Positions 1 to 9,469 of a stretch of DNA of 36,164 nt are shown here, in pieces. The notes below the pieces were generated by a model that saw only the letters and a list, made by a program, of their open reading frames with translations, ran no database searches and was not told where the DNA came from. Within the stretch, counting starts at the first letter, position 1. Each line of letters opens with the position of its first letter. The DNA is taken from contig NIVC01004528.1 of assembly GCA_002269645.1 (NCBI GenBank), positions 53,156 through 89,319 on the forward strand, given 5' to 3'. Position numbers and translations under genes: made by a program. Source of the DNA: Macrostomum lignano. Lineage: Eukaryota.

Positions 1-39
1 TCAGAGAAGACGCCAAGTTCGGTGTAGCGTTTCCGTTTA

Positions 40-693
40 TTAGTCGTGTCGAGTGCGCACCCCCACGGACTCCCAGTCGTCCTGACCCGGCCTAGCACGC
101 TTGCGCTCCGCTGCGGCGGCTGCTGCGGCGGCGGCAGCAGCGCCTCTCAATGAGATTTCGCTTGGCAGGAAGTCGGCAGTAGGCTTGCCAACAACGCCCT
201 GAGACTTGACAACGGTGTACACAACTGCCATACCCCGACGGACAGCTCGCTCTAGCACGGCTCGGTTGGCTTCCTGAGGATCAATAGAAGACTCGCCTTC
301 GCCATCTTCAATATCGCGAACTTCGGCCGGGATTGACTTGTCAAGAATCAGTTTACTGTTGAGCATGTCGCCAACATAGCGCCTGATGAGTACATCTTTC
401 AACTGGGACCAAGGCTCTTCCAGCGGCAACGGGCGAGACTTCAAAGCCAACACGAAGCTTTCAATCACTTTATTTGCGTCGCGCTCCGGTACGCCTTTCT
501 TGTAGTGCTCGGCGTAGTCCACGTTCCACTTGTAGCCGATCTGCTTCACGATGGCGTCACGTGATCTTTGCAGAGCGTTCAGCATGGAGTCGGTGAGGCG
601 GCCGGATGGGTTGAATGGCCGGCCGTTCAGGGTGCGAAGGCGCGGGTTGAAGTAGGACAGAGTGAGGTCGCTGCACAGCACGCTGTCGTCGAC
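40..693 (-). CDS. LRWD1: LRWD1/ORCA-like protein, second coding exon (LRR cap plus helical region; no WD40 visible in the window)
   Basis: Acceptor ctctatccAG|GTC at 694/693, phase 0. Reads VDDSVLCSDLTLSYFNPRLRTLNGRP, which resembles LRWD1 ...NLKVSFLLPTLRKVNGKD as recalled from the human sequence. Continues in frame into ORF 40..681; stop TAA at 42-40. Confidence 0.7.
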   Translation of the reverse strand, partial: VDDSVLCSDLTLSYFNPRLRTLNGRPFNPSGRLTDSMLNALQRSRDAIVKQIGYKWNVDYAEHYKKGVPERDANKVIESFVLALKSRPLPLEEPWSQLKDVLIRRYVGDMLNSKLILDKSIPAEVRDIEDGEGESSIDPQEANRAVLERAVRRGMAVVYTVVKSQGVVGKPTADFLPSEISLRGAAAAAAAAAAAERKRARPGQDDWESVGVRTRHD

Positions 694-726
694 CTGGATA
701 GAGACGATTGGGAAACATTATAGGTA

Positions 727-1590
727 TGGAATCTCATTATGAGATCTGGAATCTTACTATGAGATCTGGAATCTTACTATGAGATCTGGGTTGGAGACAC
801 TGGAATCTCACTATGAGATCTGGATTGGAAACTCTGGTATCTCACTATGAGATCTGTAATCTCACTATGAGATCTGCAATCTCACTATGAGATCTGTAAT
901 CTCACTATGAGATCTGGAATCTCACTGAGATCTGGGTTGGAGACACTGGAATTTCACTATGAGATCTGTATTGGAGACACTGGAATCTCAAAATGGGAGC
1001 TGAAAAGGGGCACTGAAATCCCACTATGAGATCTGGATTGGAGACACTGGAATTCCAGTATGAGATCTGGATTAGAGACATCAAAATCTTAATATGAGAT
1101 CTTGACTAGAGATGCTGGAATCTCACAATGAGATCTGGACTAGAGACGCTGGAATCTCACAATGAGATCTGGACTAGAGACGCTGGAATCTCACAATGAG
1201 AGCTGGACTAGAGACGCTGGAATCTCACAATGAGATCTGGACTAGAGACGCTGGAATCTCACAATGAGATCTGGACTAGAGACGCGCTGGAATCTCACAA
1301 TGAGAGCTGGACTAGAGACGCTGGAATCTCACAATGAGAGCTGGACTAGAGACGCGCTGGAATCTCACAATGAGAGCTGGACTAGAGACGCTGGAATCTC
1401 ACAATGAGAGCTGGACTAGAGACGCTGGAATCTCACAATGAGAGCTGGACTAGAGACGCTGGAATCTCAATGAGAGCTGGACTAGAGACGCTGGAATCTC
1501 ACAATGAGATCTGGACTAGAGACGCTGGAATCTCACAATGAGAGCTGGACTAGAGACGCTGGAATCTCAATGAGAGCTGGACTAGAGAAT
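727..1590. repeat. Intronic minisatellite: ~34-bp unit CTGGACTAGAGACGCTGGAATCTCACAATGAGAT, grading into a 20-bp unit GAGATCTGGAATCTCACTAT
   Basis: Tandem copies read directly; the array fills the intron between 694 and 1609. Confidence 0.95.
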
Positions 1591-1609
1591 CTACATGCAG
1601 ATCACTCAC

Positions 1610-1920
1610 CTTGAGCTCCTCTAGAAGAGGAAACTGCTCCACCAGAGGTGCATGCTGAAAATTATTGCCAGAAATGTCCAGCACAGTCAGTCGGGGCAGA
1701 TACAGACACCTGGGCAAGAACTGCAGCGCATTCTCGCTCAGATCTAGCTGACGTAGAAAAGCGCATTTGGACAGGTGAACGGGGTTAATTGAGGTCAAGC
1801 CGAGCCGCTCAGATTTAGCGAGGTCACGTGACGAATGTCGTGAGCGCCGGAGGCGACGAGAATTTGGGTATCGGTGAGGCAGTTCTCCTCTATGGTGCAG
1901 GTCATGCGCAGGGTCCGGCC
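1610..1920 (-). CDS. LRWD1: LRWD1/ORCA-like N-terminal LRR exon with a 1-nt frameshift at ~1805
   Basis: Acceptor ttttccacacAG|GGC at 1921/1920, ATG at 1905, donor AAG|GTGAGT at 1610/1609. With one base restored it reads HVTSLNLSG-LGLTSINPVHLSKCAFLRQLDLSENALQFLPRCLYLPRLTVLDISGNNFQHAPLVEQFPLLEELK. This parallels LRWD1 IRSLDLSGLELL...LQELDLSNNHLETLPDNLGLSHLRVL...QFPKLEEL. Confidence 0.7.
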
Positions 1921-1989
1921 CTGTGTGGAAAACAAAATCAGTATAAATTTCAAATTTATGTTTAAGGATTTCGGTGTTTAAAACTAACA

Positions 1990-2615
1990 TAGTGAGGATT
2001 TGGGATTCTAAAACTCCCATTCTTGAGATCTGGGATTCTAAAACTCTTATTCTTGAAATCTGGGATTCTAAAACTTCCATTCTTGGTATCTTGGATTCTA
2101 AAACTCCCATTCTTGGGATCTTGGATTCTAAGACTCCCATTCTTGGTATCTTGGATTCTGAAATACCCATTCTTGGGATCTGGGATTCTGAAAAACCCAT
2201 TCTTGGGATCTGGGATTCTAAAACTCCCATTCTTGGGATCTGGGATTCTGAAATACCCATTCTTGGGATCTGGGATTCTGAAATACTTATTCTTGGGATC
2301 TGGGATTCTGAAATACCCATTCTTGGGATCTGGGATTCTGAAATATCCATTCTTGGGATCTGGGATTCTGAAATATCCATTCTTGGGATCTGGGATTCTA
2401 AAACTCGTATTCTTGAAATCTAGGATACTGAAACACCCATTCTGACGATCTTCTGGGAATTTAAAACTTCATAGTGAAGAGCTGGGATTCTAAAACCCAT
2501 TGCGGGGATTTGGGATTTTAAAACTCCCATTGTGAGGATCTGGGATTCTAAAACACCAGTTCTAGGGATCTGGGATTCTAAAACACCCATTCTGAAAATT
2601 TGGGATTCTAAAGCT
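1990..2615. repeat. 30-bp minisatellite TGGGATTCT(A/G)AAA(C/T)(T/A)CCCATTCTTGGGATC
   Basis: About 20 tandem units read directly; source of spurious ORFs 1974..2423, 2023..2445 and the first half of 1550..2380. Confidence 0.95.
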
Positions 2616-2620
2616 CATGG

Positions 2621-3388
2621 TTACTCTTCTAGACAAACCCGGAAAAACTTCCTCACCTGAGCTTCAGCCTCGGTATCCTGATCCCCGGTGATTACAGCCC
2701 AAGCCTCTTCGTTGACCTCAGCTGGGAGCCTGTCATCTTCAGCGCCATCTTCAAGCACGACAGACTCAGTGGAGGTGAACTCGGGCTCCGGCTTGTTCGG
2801 TTGAAACGATATGTGAAAGGAATTCTCGCGCGAGGTGATGGTCAGGTTCTGAGCGGCTGCACCGCCAGCTGGATCGCTGGGCATGCCGCCAGTCGGTGGG
2901 AAATACCTGCCAGTTGATCTCACAGCGCGTTTGCACAGTTCAATGAGCAGCTTTCGGTGCGTTAGCACGGCTGGATTCTCGTAGGCAAACCAGACGGCGG
3001 CTTCGTTGCAAGCGGCTTCGAATGGAGTCAGCACGGCCTGCGGGTTGATGTGGCCCAGGGTGAACCGGCCGTGTATAACGGCCAGCTGACGCAGGAAAGC
3101 CAGATTCTTGTCCAACTGGCCGGCTTGCTTCAACTCTTGTAGTCGGCGAGTATCGTCGTAGAGATAGCGCTCGATAGCGGAACAAGAGTAGCGGTCTTTG
3201 TTGCGCACGGAGGCCACTTCGCTGAGCATTGCTTGCACAGTCTGGCGGATCAGGGCCTGCTCCTCTTCGTTTAGTCGGCTGCTGCCGGCGACAGATGACC
3301 GACCGGCAAGGCTGGAGGCTGCGGCTGGTGCGGACTTCTGGTATGAGGAGGCTGAGGCAGCTCGGTGGCCCATGGCCTGCATGCCGGC
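2621..3388 (-). CDS. NAB-NCD2-like protein, exon 4 (second NCD2-like domain)
   Basis: FLRQLAVIHGRF...LTPFEAACNEAA...NPAVLTHRKLLIELCKRAV matches the NAB NCD2 pattern IRKYSAIYGRF...LTLHELTVNEAAAQ...NALLTRRDELFALARQ. Best acceptor is ccccacccgcAG|GCC at 3389/3388 (alternative AAG|GTG at 3410/3409). The exon ends either at TAA 2623-2621 or at the donor CAG|GTGAGG at 2657/2656. Confidence 0.75.
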   Translation of the reverse strand, partial: AGMQAMGHRAASASSYQKSAPAAASSLAGRSSVAGSSRLNEEEQALIRQTVQAMLSEVASVRNKDRYSCSAIERYLYDDTRRLQELKQAGQLDKNLAFLRQLAVIHGRFTLGHINPQAVLTPFEAACNEAAVWFAYENPAVLTHRKLLIELCKRAVRSTGRYFPPTGGMPSDPAGGAAAQNLTITSRENSFHISFQPNKPEPEFTSTESVVLEDGAEDDRLPAEVNEEAWAVITGDQDTEAEAQVRKFFRVCLEE

Positions 3389-3434
3389 CTGCGGGTGGGG
3401 AGGAATCACCTTAGTGGGATCCAAGTTGGCTTAA

Positions 3435-3887
3435 GGCTGGCCCAGCAACTGACACTCTGGGAGGCTGGCCCAGCAACTGAGGATCTGGGAGGCAGGCCCA
3501 GCAACTGAGGATCTGGGAGGCTGGCCCAGCAACTGGGGATCTGGAAGGCTGGCCCAGCAACTGACACTCTGGGAGGCTGGCCCAGCAACTGGGGATCTGG
3601 GAGGCTGGCCCAGAAACTGAGGATCTGGGAGGCTGGCCCAGCAACTGGGGATCTGGGAGGCTGGCCCAGAAACTGAGGATCTGGGAGGCTGGCCCAGCAA
3701 CTGATAATCTGGGAGGCTGGCTCAGCAAATGAGGATATGGGAGGCTGCCCAGCAACTGAGGATCTGGGAGGCTGGCCCAGCAACTGGGGATCTGGGAGGC
3801 TGGCCCAGCAACTGAGGATCTGGGAGGCTGGCCCAGCAACTGAGGATCTGGGAGGCTGTGGCCCAGCAACTGGGGATCTGGGAGGAT
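3435..3887. repeat. 28-bp intronic minisatellite GGCTGGCCCAGCAACTGAGGATCTGGGA
   Basis: About 16 tandem units; source of spurious ORFs 3406..3906, 3411..3869 and 3431..3700. Confidence 0.95.
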
Positions 3888-3948
3888 TTCGGAAGATTGA
3901 AATCATCTGACTTTTGAGCAGGCCAATCTAAGCAACCAAGCCACTCAC

Positions 3949-4284
3949 AGTTCCAATGGATGGCCCAGGTGAAGACACTGGAAAATCAATGCCAGTGTAC
4001 TTCACAGCCTGCCTAGCGTAGCTGACCAAATCCCGTCGATGAAACAGTAGAGCAGGATGAGCGGCGCAGATCTGAGCGGCGGCTTCGTTGACTGACAGCT
4101 CGTAGAGAGTCAGCGGCCGGCTGTTGGGACCGCTTGGTCGGAATAGCATCGAGTGACGACGCAGCAGCGCCAGTTGTGACTCGGTGGCGGTCTCTGGGCT
4201 GATGCTCTGCAGTCTGACCATCTCTTGGTAGGCTTGGTAGCTGCCTAAGCGCTTGTGATAGGGCTCGGGGTAGAATACTCGGTC
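3949..4284 (-). CDS. NAB-NCD2-like protein, exon 3 (core of first NCD2-like domain)
   Basis: Acceptor ctcAG|GAC at 4285/4284, donor ACT|GTGAGT at 3949/3948, 112 codons, phase 0-0. LTLYELSVNEAAAQICAAHPALLFHRRDLVSYARQ is a close match to the NAB NCD2 signature LTLHELTVNEAAAQLC. Confidence 0.85.
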
Positions 4285-4378
4285 CTGAGTGTGTTCATTG
4301 GCTTGGGGTTAGCGTATTGAACAAGGAAGACACGGGATCTGGGATCAACAAAGTATTGATGCACGGAGGGTATAGCAA

Positions 4379-4840
4379 CGCAGTCACTGACTCATGGGAG
4401 GGTACAGAAACAGTCACTGACTCATGGGAGGGTACAGAAGCAGTCACTGACTCATGGGAGGGTACAGAAACAGTCACTGACTCATGGGAGGGTACAGAAA
4501 CAGTCACTGAATCATGGGAGGGTACAGAAACAGTCACAGACTCATGGGAGGGTACAGAAACACAGTCACTGACTCATGGGAGGGTACAGAAACAGTCACT
4601 GACTCATGGGAGGGTACAGAAACAGTCACTGACTCATGGGAGGGTACGGAAACAGTCACTGACTCATGGGAGGGTACAGAAACACAGTCACTGACTCATG
4701 GGAGGGTACAGAAACAGTCACTGACTCATGGGAGGGTACAGAAACAGTCACTGACTCATGGGAGGGTACAGAAACAGTCACTGACTCATGGGAGGGTACA
4801 GAAACAGTCACTGACTCATGCGAGGGTACAGAAACAGTCA
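4379..4840. repeat. 30-bp intronic minisatellite GAAACAGTCACTGACTCATGGGAGGGTACA
   Basis: About 15 near-identical tandem units (some with +2 CA), starting immediately after the donor at 4844. Confidence 0.95.
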
Positions 4841-4844
4841 TTAC

Positions 4845-5351
4845 CTTCAAACCCTTCAACAGGAACGCCACAGCGTCCTTCAGCGCATCCAGATGCTCCT
4901 GCTGCAGATAGGTGCTCCTGAACTGAGCGGTGACATTAGCCGCGGAAGTTTTCGATAAGCCACTGGGCACTGTGGCGGCCTGTTGTGGCTGAGCAGCCGC
5001 AGTAGAGGAAGCCGCGAGTTTACCACTTGATGACGAACCGGGAGTGGCTGCAGCAGCAGATGCGGCCGCGGCTGTGGCAGCAGCGTGAGCTGACTGCATT
5101 ACGTATTGGATCTTGTGAATGCCATAGTCTAGCATAACTGGCTCATCAGGATTTGTAACCTCCTTGCGAGTGATCACGTTGCCATGGGAATCGCTGAGGA
5201 TTACGGTTGGCGGGCCGCCATTTTTGCCAGGTTCCTCCGTGATGATCAATTGTTCTTCATCACCTTCGCCGCCTGCGGATTCTTGCTGTTGCTGTTGCTG
5301 CTGCTGGGACGCAACAGCAGAGCCCGCTGGCTTCGTTTCGGCAGACTCAGC
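4845..5351 (-). CDS. NAB-NCD2-like protein, exon 2 (Q/A/S-rich region plus start of first NCD2-like domain)
   Basis: Acceptor ttttaaaAG|GCT at 5352/5351, donor AAG|GTAATG at 4845/4844, 169 codons, phase 0-0, in frame with ORF 4656..5249. Confidence 0.8.
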
Positions 5352-5377
5352 CTTTTAAAACAAAAAATTAGATTGTA

Positions 5378-5980
5378 AGAGTGTACACTGGGTAAGGGTT
5401 GATCGAGTGTACATTGGGGGTAGGGGTTGATCAATGGGTTGATAGAGATCACTTTGGGGGTAGGGGTTGATAGAGTGCGAATTGGCGGTAGGGGTTGATA
5501 GAGTGCACATTGGGGGTAGGGGTTGATAGAGTGCACATTGTGGGTAGGGGTTGATAGATAAGTGCACATTGTGGGTAGGGGTTGATAGATAAGTGCACAT
5601 TGGGGGTAGGGTTTGATAGATAAGTGCACATTGTGGGTATGGGTTGATAGATAAGTGCACATTGTGGGTAGGGGTTGATAGATAAGTGCACATTGTGGGT
5701 AGGGGTTGATCGAGTGCACATTGGGGGTAGGGGTTGATAGAGTGCACATTGGGGGTAGGGGTTGATAGATAAGTGCACATTGTGGGAAGGGGTTTATCGA
5801 GTGCACATTGGGGGTAGGGGTTCAGAGTGCACATTGGGGGTAGGGGTTGATAGATAAGTGCACATTGTGGGTAGGGGTTGATCGAGTGCACATTGGGGTA
5901 GGGGTTGATAGATAAGTGCACATTGGGGGTAGGGGTTGATAGAGTGCACATTGGGGGCAGGGGTTGATAGAGAGCGCATT
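5378..5980. repeat. 28/32-bp G-rich intronic minisatellite AGAGTGCACATTGGGGGTAGGGGTTGAT(AGAT)
   Basis: About 20 tandem units; source of spurious ORFs 5246..5806, 5355..6038 and others. Confidence 0.95.
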
Positions 5981-6107
5981 GGAGTAGTACAGCGACCAGG
6001 CATTTAAATTCTGAGACTTGGACATTATCATTTAGCAAAACTCAGTACACTGCATATATATAATTAAACACAATTTTAGTTTTCTCAATACAATAATTCG
6101 AACTCAC

Positions 6108-6353
6108 TTGCTGCTGCTCACTCTGAGCAGTGGTCTCCACATCACCAGCCTGCTGCTGTTCTGTAGCCACAATAACAGCATTGCCTTCCTCATCAATTTG
6201 CAAGGTGGCTTCGCCAGATAGAATTCTCTGGGCATCTTGAGGCGTGACATAAGCATAAGATGGCTGGCCTTGATTGGTCTCGTCAACAATGACAAGTTTG
6301 ACTAGTTCTTGACCAGTTTCATCTTTGACTATTTCAGCTTCCATGCCTGCCAT
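6108..6353 (-). CDS. NAB-NCD2-like protein, first coding exon (acidic N-terminus)
   Basis: ATG at 6353, 82 codons to donor CAA|GTGAGT at 6108/6107 (phase 0), which joins exon 2 in frame. An upstream tttcctAG could be a UTR or trans-splice acceptor. Confidence 0.75.
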
Positions 6354-8025
6354 GATTGTGGAATCCAGACAGTTCTGATAAGTTTGCTAGGAAAGCGTGT
6401 AATGCACAATGATCATTGGGTAAAAAAGTTTGTTTCACTTATGCTAGATGTTTCTAAAATGTCCCATAAACCATAAAATAAAAAACTTTAATGAAATATT
6501 TTATCTTATCATATATATAGAACAGAAGTAGAAAGTAGAACAGATACATAGTAAAGATTTTTAATCTAACCACAACTTTGGGTTGGTGCAAACTTCCTTA
6601 GTCTATGCTAGAATTTTCTAGTAAAAACTTAGTCCTAAATTCAGCCTTAGTGTACATGCATAGCTTAAGAAACAATTGTAGAAAAATTGGCATAAAATCG
6701 AAAAGAAGATGCTTTTAACATAGTTGCATATATTTAATTGCTATTAGTTCTATGAAATTACAATGAATAATATAATATTTATTATTTAAAACAAGGTTAA
6801 ACAACATATAAACCAAATGTGTTTATTGAAAAAATTTAGTAAAATTTTATTTAAATATCACCATAATTTTTATATGAAAAAATTTCTGTTGTTTAAAAAA
6901 ACATGTTATTTAAAAATAATTAAAAATAGTTATTTTTCTATGGCATAAGCTTAAGTATAAAATGGGTAGAAAATTCCTTAAATTGTATAATGACAAAATA
7001 TTAATATTTTGTTTCCTAGACTTTTTGTTAAAACTATAGCTAGAGGAATTATGGGAATCTGGTAATATTGGGGTCCCCATGGCTATTGAATATAGAAAAT
7101 TGGAATAAACCATAGTTTTGCTTATGCCTATAGCATATAGACCTCCTTTTGATGGAACAATAAATTAAACTTAAAGAGGTGACTTTATATAAAAATATCC
7201 TATATGCAACACCATCAACATGGAACAAAGAATAATAAAAAACTATTTTAAACTTTGTGCCCTAAAAACCTTGTTTTTCCTTAATTTTTATTTTAAAAAT
7301 ATTTAGAGTATTTATTTTATAGTTGTCTTTTTTAATGCATGTTGCAAGTATATAACATTCAAGTTTGTTAATCTGCACAACTAATAAAAAGCAAAAATGA
7401 AAAATAGCATACAACTTTGGTATACATAGTTGAAAACATTTTAGTCCTAGTGTACACTGATACATAATTCAAACTATGGCACCAATGTTATGCCACCTTG
7501 ATTGAAATGATTGAATGATTGAAAACTGCTATTAAAAATGTTTTAAATTTTTTGAAAACATTCTTTTTAAACAATTTTTTTTTATAATACATGGGTTGTT
7601 TAAAAAGTTTGTGGACAAACGTTTTTCCAAACAAAAAGCAGTTAAGTCACTATACTTGAGGCCATAGACAGCACTTGTCCCATAACTTTTAATGGTAGTG
7701 CAATCAAATACAAGTATGCTTGTTATTTTTTACAGCAGTCATTTTAAGTTACCCAGTGTTTTTGGCACTATGGAAAAAAACAAAGAAGCCAAGCAAAGCA
7801 TAATTTGGTTCTTGTAGAAAGAATTGGAAGCAACAGGCCAACATTGTTCACCAGTTGCATGCAGGATATGGTAAAGATGACCCCTTTGAAGTTGATGGTC
7901 AGCAAGTGGTGCAGCAGTTTGAGGATGGCTAGGAGAAGATCTACCACACAGTGGAAGGCCAGCCACCATGGTCTAATATCGAGTGCGTACATCAGGCACT
8001 TGATGTTGACTGCCGGATCACTGTG

Positions 8026-8321
8026 CATACATGCGCAACAGTCGGCCAAGTCAGCCGATCCGGCCGACTGATTTGGTGGCCAGCCAAGATAAGTTGCTAA
8101 ATTGCCCACCCAAATAGATACCAAAGTAGTACTAAGTAGATGACGAGGCATTTTTCCTTAATAAGACAGTTATAGCTACTCCTGCCGTTTACCCAAAGTT
8201 GCGTTAATTTTGCTTTAGGGTTTCTTTTACATGTAAGTCGCATTTTGGCTAAAAACTACATTTCATTTTTGTTAAAACTAAGTCGCATGGTCAACTGAAT
8301 TTTGGAGGTTGCGCATGTATG
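8026..8321. mobile_element. 296-bp MITE (8-bp TSD, hAT/P-type) carrying a 28S rRNA-derived cassette; family A
   Basis: Perfect 14-bp TIR CATACATGCGCAAC; TSD TCACTGTG / TCACCGTG. Inserted into the mariner ORF. Confidence 0.9.
8131..8194 (-). pseudogene. 28S rRNA fragment (helix 69-70 region), diverged
   Basis: Reverse complement GGGTAAACGGCAGGAGTAGCTATAACTGTCTTATTAAGGAAAAATGCCTCGTCATCTACTTAGT versus canonical 28S GGGTAAACGGCGGGAGTAACTATGACTCTCTTAAGGTAGCCAAATGCCTCGTCATCTAATTAGT. Confidence 0.85.
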
Positions 8322-9022
8322 TCACCGTGCGTGAACTGGCAGAGACTGTGGGTATATGTTTTATACAGCAGTTCACAAAATTCTCACAGCCAAGCTTGGG
8401 ATGTCGCGAGTTGTTGCTCATTGGGTCCCGAAGCTTCTGACAGATGATCAGCAGCACAAGCGGCTCTGTGCATGTCAGCAGCTCCTGCAGGCCTACCACA
8501 ACAAACCAAACTTTTTGGATTAAATTGTGACTAGGGATGAGTTGTGGATCCATTACATGAGCCAAAGTTGAAGATGCAGAGCAGCATCTGGAAGGCAGCT
8601 GGAGAGCCCACCCCAGTGAAGGCCCTGGCTGCACCATTGGCTGGAAAGCAAATGGCAACCATCTTCTGGGACAAGGAGGGCATTCTGCTCATTGACTGGC
8701 TTCCATGTGGCACTACCATTACTAATACTTATTATATCTAAGTGCTGGAGAAGTTGCACCAAGCCATCAAGACTGAGCACCAGGGCAAGCTGACTAGGGA
8801 GATCCTGCTACAATAGGACACCAGGCCCCACACCAGCCAAGCAACAATGGCTGCCATCTCCAGCCTGGGCTTCGAGCTACTGCCACACCCACACTACTTG
8901 CCAGACCTAGCACTGAATGGCTACTGGCTATTTAGGCAGATGAAGGAGTCACTCTGAGGTCCCCATTATGGTAGCATACATGCTTTAGCCTCTGCTGTCA
9001 GCTAGTAGATCAGAAGTACCCC

Positions 9023-9409
9023 TAGAGGTTGGATGGGATCCTAATCCCAATCTTGAAATCTCGGGATCCTGAGGAAAATTGAATTCCCGCTGGACCAGAA
9101 TCCCAACCCTAAAAAACTCAAGATTTGGGAACAGGTCTTTTGATTAGAAATTTATAGAATTAGTGATTACTTGAAGGTATTTTGCTTTAACTTGTACTCG
9201 TTACATTATTTACTTTGTTGGTTACAAAACTTCATATCAATTTCATTGTGTTTTACTTCTTGATCTTGACAATCTTTTCTCAATTTTGTTTAACTTTACA
9301 TGGACAATACACTAAAAGACCTGATCCCGATTCTCGAACCCGATCCCAAGAAAAAAAATTATTCCCAAGCCCGATCCCACCCGAAGATTTCAATCCCGTC
9401 CAACCTTTA
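9023..9409. mobile_element. 387-bp hAT-type MITE
   Basis: TIR TAGAGGTTGGATGGGAT / reverse complement TAAAGGTTGGACGGGAT; perfect 8-bp TSD AGTACCCC (9015-9022, 9410-9417); ATCCC/GGGAT subterminal motifs. Splits the mariner C-terminus. Confidence 0.88.
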
Positions 9410-9469
9410 AGTACCCCTAAAGAATTCTTTGCTGCAGGGATACCCCAGACACCAGAAAATTCCAGTATA

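Larger units (their letters stand above)
7770..9465 (+). pseudogene. Degenerate mariner (Tc1/mariner) transposase interrupted by two MITEs
   Basis: Reads MEKNKEAKQSIIWFL..., DCRITV|RELAETVG, WVPKLL (WVPHEL motif), IVTRDELWI, MATIFWDKEGILLID, YLPDLA (YSPDLAP motif) and STPKEFFAAGI. Multiple stops and frameshifts; TIRs not confidently located. Confidence 0.9.

Noticed and set aside
1974-2445. ORFs 1974..2423 and 2023..2445, and the MDISESQIPR repeat part of 1550..2380
   Set aside because: These are stop-free readings of a 30-bp minisatellite; the real exon starts at the acceptor at 1921.
3406-3906. Pro/Ser/Gln-rich ORFs in three frames
   Set aside because: Artefact of the 28-bp array inside a GT-AG intron.
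4295-4921. TVTDSWEGTE / VTVSVPSHES repeat ORFs
   Set aside because: 30-bp intronic minisatellite that is open in several frames.
5246-6038. INPYPQCALYQPLP repeat ORFs
   Set aside because: 28/32-bp intronic minisatellite.
6400-7700. Short AT-rich ORFs here and at 10-12.5 kb
   Set aside because: Low-complexity intergenic DNA with no motifs or codon structure.
8131-8194. Functional rRNA gene, or R2 / group I intron insertion, at the 28S-like sites
   Set aside because: Only ~65 nt match, the flanks are not rDNA, H69 pairing is disrupted, and no element is inserted at the site.
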